From positions 1-64,000 of the forward strand of contig CDMY01000353.1 in NCBI GenBank assembly GCA_001179505.1: a stretch of 64,000 nt of DNA, given 5' to 3'. This DNA is from Vitrella brassicaformis CCMP3155. Taxonomy: Eukaryota > Protista > Chromerida. Numbering within the stretch: position 1 is the stretch's first letter; each line of letters opens with the position of its first letter. Shown piece by piece: positions 57,342 through 64,000 of the stretch. The position numbers were made by a program, and so were the translations under genes. The notes under the pieces were generated by a model, which was given only the letters and a program-made list of their open reading frames with translations, was not told where the DNA came from and ran no database searches.

Positions 57342-58323
57342 ATGGCTCGTGAGAAGGGCGGGTCAGCGTCGGGATGGGAGGATCCAGCGCACCAGATCGG
57401 ATGGATAGCAGCCACCAAGCCGCAGCGGAACTGCAGAAAGCCACCCGCACAGCAACAGCACAGCGAACGAATGGAGGTCGACGAGAGGCCACAGCGGCGC
57501 GGGCGGGGCTTGGCTCGAGGAAGACGACAGGAGCGTCGCAGCCCGTCACGCAGGCGACCCCGCTCCCCTCCCAAAGGCGACGCACCTCCTCGGCAGAAGA
57601 ACAAGGCACCACCAAGGGAGCCCAAACGAGATGCACCAGCAGCAGCCCCAGCAGCCGCAGCAGCAGCAGCAGCGGCTGCCGCCCCGGCACCGGCAGCACC
57701 AGTGGCAGCAGCGCACGGGCAGGGTGCTCAAGGGACGGCAGGCAGCCAGTCAGCCGAGGCTGTATCGTGTCAGCAGGATGACATGAAGGAATTCATGAAG
57801 GCCTACGACGAGTCGGGTGCGGTGGTCCCGCCGCTGGCCGGGGCGGGCGACGGGCATGGTGAGGTCAAGGCCCATGTGGTCGTGGTTGGGGCGGGGGTGG
57901 CGGGGCTTGCAGCTGCGGCCGCACTCAAGAAGCGAGGCTACAACGTGACCATCCTGGAGGCGCGTGAGAGGTGGGCCAGAAACAGAGAGAGGGGGAGGGG
58001 GGGCAGGTGTATAGACAGACGTGTTTGGTCAAATGTGTGTTGTTGTGTGTGATGTGGATGGATGGGTCAGGAATGGCGGCAGGATACAGACGCAGAGCTT
58101 CGCGCGGAAACGCGGCCTGCCAGAGACCAACGTGAGACCTGTACGCACACACCCATTGATTGGCACATGCCCACACCAACATGATGCGTGTGTGTGTGCC
58201 GTCCATGCAGTACGACCTCGCCGCCAATTGGATGCACATAGCCCCGGGCGACCCGCACTACCCCTGGGATATCGCCGCTGCGCTGGGCGTGGAGACATCC
58301 GCTGTGCCAGGTACCCGCCGCAC

Positions 58324-58358
<35 letters not shown>

Positions 58359-60480
58359 CTACAGAAGAGGCCATGGATGGATGGATGGATGGTTGCAGGA
58401 GGGAAGTGGGAGCCGACCCAGTGGACCGTCTTCCACGACGAGCTGACTGGCCAGAAGGTCGACCAGGTCCTCGTCGTTCGGTAGGCTACCACAGACGTAC
58501 ATCACTCTCACTCAATTCCATCTGATCTCATCTCCCGCTGTTTCCTCCTTTTTTGCTTTTTTCCTTCAGTGCGCACCGTCTGTACGAGCGCACCACGGCC
58601 CTCATGCTGGCAATGAAGAAGAAGGAGGACCATCCAGCGGCAGCGCCCCCCACTATCGGTGGCCTGCCCCTCCCCCACTTCCCGCCCTCCGCCGACAGTT
58701 CCTTCGGCAGCTGGTTTGCCATCGCCCTCGACCGTGCAGCAGAGGAGGAGCGCCAGGCGTGCCAGGAACCCCCTCAAAAGAAGCGCCGGAAGGGGGCCAC
58801 ACAGGCGGCACAGGCGGCATCCGAGGCCGCTGACCAGGCCGACAAGCTCGATGAGGAGGTCGACCTGCTGCGCCGGCTGGCCGTCAAGATCGCACAGCGG
58901 GGGTTCGGCTACAACTGTCAGCTGGACGACCTCTCTCTCGTGCCCTCTCTCGAGGCGCTGGCCAGCCAGCAGCAGCCCGCCGCTCACAAGAAACCCACGC
59001 GGCCGACTGATCGACAGCTGAAGGACCGTGCGGCGGGCGAGGCCGACTACATGCGCCGCTATAAGGCCGGCAAGGGTTTCCTGCCCGTCGCCACGCCTCA
59101 GCTGTCGATCTACGACCCTCCTGGCCTGCTGGCGCCGGCGGCCAACGCGTACACCACTCTCGACCTGTTCAAGGTGTCGCCTGAGGAGGCGCAAGAGCTG
59201 AAGCGCAAGAGAGACGATGGCGGGGACGGGCGGGGAGGGGCAGACGGGGGAGAGGAGGACGAGGGTGAGGAGGACGAGGGTGAGGAGGGCGTGCAGCAGC
59301 CCCAGAGAAAGAGGCGCAAGGAGGGGGGCCACGGCAGGGGCAGGGACAGGAGGAAGAGGGCGCCAAAGAGAGCTGCAAGGGGAGCATACGACCCCTTCAG
59401 ACGGGCCAACATCGACCACCAGGTCAGGCACCTGATCCACAGCCAGCCACAATCCCTGACACACAGACTTCACTTGTGTGTTTGTCCGTCTGTTTGTGTT
59501 GGGTGTGTTGCAGCTAACAGAGGGGGACAGGCTCTGCACGAGAGGCTACAGCTGGCTCCCCGACTTCCTCGTCGATTCGGCCGCCCTCCAGGACAACATC
59601 GTCCACACGGCCGTTGTCAACGAGGTTCGAGTGGTCCACCATGGGGACGGCAGCAGCCACGTGGAGGTGACCACAGCCGACGGGGACGTGTACAGCGCCC
59701 TGAAGGCCATCGTCACCGTGCCGGTTGGCGTCCTCAAGGCCAGCAACGACACGGGCTCCCGCATCGCCTTCGAACCGCCACTGAGCGCCGCCAAGCAGCA
59801 GGCGTGCGAGCGGCTGGGCGGGGGCGGACACAACAAGGTGGTGCTGCGGTTTGACGAGTGCTTCTGGGACGAAGCCGAGCAGTTCATCAACTGCACCGAC
59901 CCATCTGTGCAGTTCATGAACCTGCACGCCTTCGACCCGGCTAATGCCACCAACACACTGGTACGGATGCTGGATGGGTGGGCACACACCACACACACGC
60001 ATCCACCTCTCTATTGTATCTGTGTCCGTCTGATCGTTCAGGTGGCCCACCTCTTCGGGCAGCATGATCTGCAGAAGGAAGAGACGGTGGGCAAGGTGGT
60101 CACCCTGCTGGCCGGCATGTATGGCCTGGACATCGACGACCTCCGTGGTGGGCTGGTGGACGCCGAGGTGACGAACTGGGACACTGACCCGTTCGCACTC
60201 GGCTCGTACAGCTATCATCGGCCCGGAGGCAGCGCGGACGACATCGAAGAGCTGGCGACCGCCCATCCGGAGCCCGAGAGCCACGAGGGGGTTGACACGA
60301 GGCCAGCTGTCTTCTTCGCCGGAGAGGCCACCAGGTGGGTGGGGGGTGTGGGTCGGCAGATGCATTTTGTTTGTCCATGCTCTTTATGTCGGTGTGTGTG
60401 TGTGTGTCGTTGATTCGTTCAGCATTGCGGGCAACCAGTGCGTCCACGGTGCCATGCACAGTGGAGTGCGTGCGGCGCTG
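57342..60480 (+). CDS. Flavin-containing amine oxidase (LSD1/polyamine-oxidase superfamily); 3' end uncertain
   Basis: VVVVGAGVAGLAAAAAL...VTILEARER.GGRIQT, ANWMH, AIVTVPVGVLK, IAFEPPLS, HNKVVLRFDECFW, VTNWDTDPFALGSYS, VFFAGEAT, VHGAMHSG.RAA. Confidence 0.9.
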
Positions 60481-61010
60481 AGGCCCTCGCCGCCATCCAC
60501 GCCATCTCACACCCACTGTGGGCGACATCGTAGGCCCTGTAGGGTGCCTGCGCAGGCACCTCCCCCCCCCAGCCATGATAGGGTCTGGCCGCCTGTCTGC
60601 CTAGCTAAGCTGCCTGTCCCTCGTCGACGATTGCTGTCTTTGTTCCTTCTCTGCTTGTCTTTGCTTCAATTGGACCTCACTGGGGCCCCTGCGTCCAATT
60701 TGCTGCTATTGCTCCTGGTAGAGCTTCCTTTGCTATGGCCTGCCTTTCATATTGCTGAGGTTCTGAGCCGTTTGGCTGCTGCTGTGATGACTAGGTCGTC
60801 TCATCCACACCCCACACTCACTGCGCTGACTAAGAGAGAGGGAGAGGGAGAGGGAGAGAGGGAGAGGGAGGGAGGGATATATATATATATATTGCTGTGG
60901 TTGAGGTCGTATTTGTTGTATTTGCTTGCTCTTAGCGTCCGTGGGTGTGCGTTGGTGCGTGCCTGCGCGTATGGTGTTCACTCGATGTGGGCGTGTTGGG
61001 GGGGGGGGGG

Positions 61011-61310
61011 NNNNNNNNNNNNNNNNNNNNNNNNNNNNNNNNNNNNNNNNNNNNNNNNNNNNNNNNNNNNNNNNNNNNNNNNNNNNNNNNNNNNNNNNNN
61101 NNNNNNNNNNNNNNNNNNNNNNNNNNNNNNNNNNNNNNNNNNNNNNNNNNNNNNNNNNNNNNNNNNNNNNNNNNNNNNNNNNNNNNNNNNNNNNNNNNNN
61201 NNNNNNNNNNNNNNNNNNNNNNNNNNNNNNNNNNNNNNNNNNNNNNNNNNNNNNNNNNNNNNNNNNNNNNNNNNNNNNNNNNNNNNNNNNNNNNNNNNNN
61301 NNNNNNNNNN
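61011..61310. other. Assembly gap (300 N)
   Basis: N-run with gtt(g)n on both sides. Confidence 0.99.
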
Positions 61311-62761
61311 GTTGGGGGGGGGGGGGTGGATGGCACAGACACACACACACACACACAAGGATACCTTGAGAGTTGGTGGAGGGAGTGGTGGAAGGAGAGG
61401 ATAGGAGAGTGGACAGGATCTTGCCTGCCGACCTGTGTGGTGGATGGATGGATGGATCCATCATTCACTCACCAGAGAAGTGGTACTATCTATAAGGAGG
61501 GGCGCGCCAAGTGCCAATACCGTCCCAACACGCTATAGAGAGAGAGATAGCCCACCTACTCACTCCATTAAGGCAGGCTATTACACGTACGGCCATGCGT
61601 GTGTGTGTGTGTGAATGGGTGCATGGCATGGTCTGGCACATGTGCACATGTGAGGCTGGCTGTTCATCAGTCAGTGCTCATGCTCAACATTTGTGACCTC
61701 TCAGTGTAGTGATGATGTGCTCTGATTTCCTTTGATGGCCATTTGACCGATTGATAGAGGCCATCCATCTGGTACAGTCGTGTCGTGTGCCTTGCTTGTG
61801 AGTAGGTAGAATGACTGCTGCCTGGCTGGCTGTCATGCTTTTCGTTGTCTGGGCTCGTTTAGTGTGACTGACTGGTCATCCTTTGACTACGGTACGCCTT
61901 CACCAACCTACCGGACATGTCTCTCTCTTCACGTGTCCGGGCTGCGCGACTCGTTCGTCTGCCCTCTCTCTGTCGCACCTGCCTGCCTGCGTTCCGGCCG
62001 ACACACACACGTCACGTACACAGTACCCATCTGCAGCCAATGTGTGTGGGTGTGTCTGGGTGTCGATCTGTGATGTGGGTGAGACGTACGTCGATTTCGA
62101 TTGAAGCGATCTATTCCACCAGCCACCTCGCACACGCACACGCATAGCACAGGCACACGCACTCACATACACTGACTGATGACTACTGACAGGCGTGGCA
62201 CGTGTGGACGTCCACTCCATGTGTGTGAGTGTTCTTGCCCACCTGTCTGTCCGTTGCCTGGTCTCGATGGATGGAGCTGCCTATTTGCTATCTGTCTGTC
62301 TGTTACGGTCCTGACCTTTGCTCTTTGCTGAACTACTACTTGGGACCGACCGTTTGGGTCAGTCAGTCCACGGACCGCCAATCGATCTACTCTGCATGGA
62401 CTCATTCATTTCATTCATTCAGGTGTATACCACACGTACGAACGACTGAGGGCGCAAACACCGGTGCATTCGAAATCATTGCAGGAGGTTGATGCAGTCA
62501 TTCATTCATTCATTCAGAGCATTGGAGCATTCTATTCATTCACGAGGCAGTCAGTACATATACATACTTACACAGGAAGGGAGGGAGACCCACCCGCCAC
62601 CCCACTGTCATGTGTGCACACGCTGTGCACCTGCCCTGTGCTGTGCTGCACTGTCTTGTCTGTGCCACTGGCACAGACCGTAGTCTAAGCTCATGATCCA
62701 TCCATCCACTTCTCTCTTCACCCCACCCCATCCCATCCCATCTGTCTTTCTATTCCACCAA

Positions 62762-64000
62762 TCACTGCATGTTGACTACCACGCCGTTCGCCCCAACCTG
62801 CTGCACCGCCTCGCCACCCTCCTGCCCATCGTCCATGCCAGCTGCCTCATCACCATCAGCGCCACCACCAGCAGCAGCAGCCGCGGCAGCAGGAGCAGCA
62901 GCGTCTACCATGACCGCATCCATGACGCCGTCATGCGCCCCTCCCTCCTGCACCTCCCCTCTCTGTCGCTTGTTGCTGTCCTCCTCAGGCCCGTCCCTCT
63001 CACGCTTGAAGCCGCCGGCCTCCGACGAGGGCTGGGAGCGCATCGCAACGCCATCCTCTGCAGGAGAGTCGGGAAGCGGTGGGATGTCCGCTGCGGCTGC
63101 AGGGAGGGGCAGGTGCTGCTCGATGTAGGCTCGCGCCTGGTCGAAGAACCCCTCGATACGCTGCACGGCGGTCTCGGTGCTGCCGTCGGTGGCGAAGGCG
63201 CAGTCATGCAGCCAGGGCCACAGCCATGGGGCCAGCTGAGGGTTGCTGCCGGAGCGGATCTCCGCCAGGAAACGGAGGTCGATCAGGATTAACACACCGT
63301 AGTCGCGCCTGTAATGCCACACCACACACACAGGCAAGATGCTAGCTACACTGCCTGCCTGGCTGCCTGTGTGTGCGGCCACTTGACTCACTCACTGGTG
63401 TCTGATGCAGCGCCCGAGTGCCTGGTTGAGCGGCCGGTAGGCCTGCTGGTCATACCACAACGTCCCACTCAGCCGCCACTTGTCTGCTGCCGGCGTCACA
63501 CCCGCACCACCCACACCAGGCACACCAGCAGGGGGACGGCCTCGCGGCACCATCTGAGCACCATTGGCAGCAGCAGCTGCTGCAGCAGGAGGGGACATGG
63601 GGTGGCGGACAGGCCGCAACGGCCGCATGTTGGGGTGGTTGCGATTGGCGACGGGTGGGCTGTGTTGATACATGTCAGGCTGCGATGCGTGGCGCGGCTG
63701 CTGCGATAGCGACATGGGTGGTATGAATGGCGGCCGGGGAGGGCCGGGGCGGGGGCGGAATGGCGGTGAGAGAACCCCGCCATTGACGCCATTGTGAGGC
63801 GGCAACGGCTGTGTTGGCATCTGGCTCAGAGGAACGTCGCCGTTGACGATAGGTGGAGGTCTCTGCGGCGCCTCGGGTGCGTTGGGGGGCGGGCGAGGTC
63901 GGAATTTGATGGTTTGCTGGACCGGGGGTGACGCAGGAACCGCAGCGGCCGCAGCAGCTGCTGCAGCTGCGTCAGGGGGTGATGGGTCGGGGGGTGGTCG
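62762..64000 (-). CDS. 3' end of an XPD-family (FANCJ/BRIP1-like) DNA helicase; partial
   Basis: WYDQQAYRPLNQALGRCIRHQ|RDYGVLILIDLRF, the helicase motif VI region typical of FANCJ/RTEL1, followed by an acidic/Ala-rich tail. Confidence 0.85.

Noticed and set aside
60800-62700. Long intergenic region examined for hidden genes
   Set aside because: It is dominated by (GA)n, (TA)n, poly-G, (GATG)n and (TCAT)n repeats with no coherent spliced frame.

Overview
This is an intron-rich, GC-rich eukaryotic nuclear window. I infer it comes from a photosynthetic chromerid alveolate (Vitrella brassicaformis-like). The evidence is a nucleus-encoded split cox2a, an LHC and other proteins with signal peptide plus Phe-motif transit peptides, an apicomplexan-type ATP synthase subunit, and short introns full of (TG)n/(TCTG)n/(GATG)n microsatellites. 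About 27 protein-coding genes were rebuilt by hand-splicing exons, so exon boundaries and starts are approximate. They include PDE12, cox2a, a RAP/HPR-like helical-repeat protein, a Tat-targeted PsbQ-like lumen protein, a truncated DEAH helicase, ING, a single-domain Nav-like channel with EF-hands, a TmcB/C-like membrane protein, IMPase, LHC, GatC, a SERCA-type P2A ATPase, Maf, an ATPTG11-like subunit, an internal-ubiquitin protein, a divergent kinase, RPLP2, a tandem TLDc protein, a flavin amine oxidase and the 3' end of a FANCJ-like helicase. There are two 300-N assembly gaps. I found no rRNA, tRNA, CRISPR array or recognisable transposon. The most notable observations are: (1) a SERCA pump with an apparent plastid-targeting leader and an E908Q-equivalent change; (2) repeated head-to-head gene pairs whose short spacers share AGATCT and GCGGTTT(CA) motifs; (3) a bacterial-Nav-type TLESWS channel fused to EF-hands; (4) an internal, cleavable K48R/K63L ubiquitin; (5) secreted tandem TLDc domains. 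All family assignments come from motif recognition and memory, not database searches.
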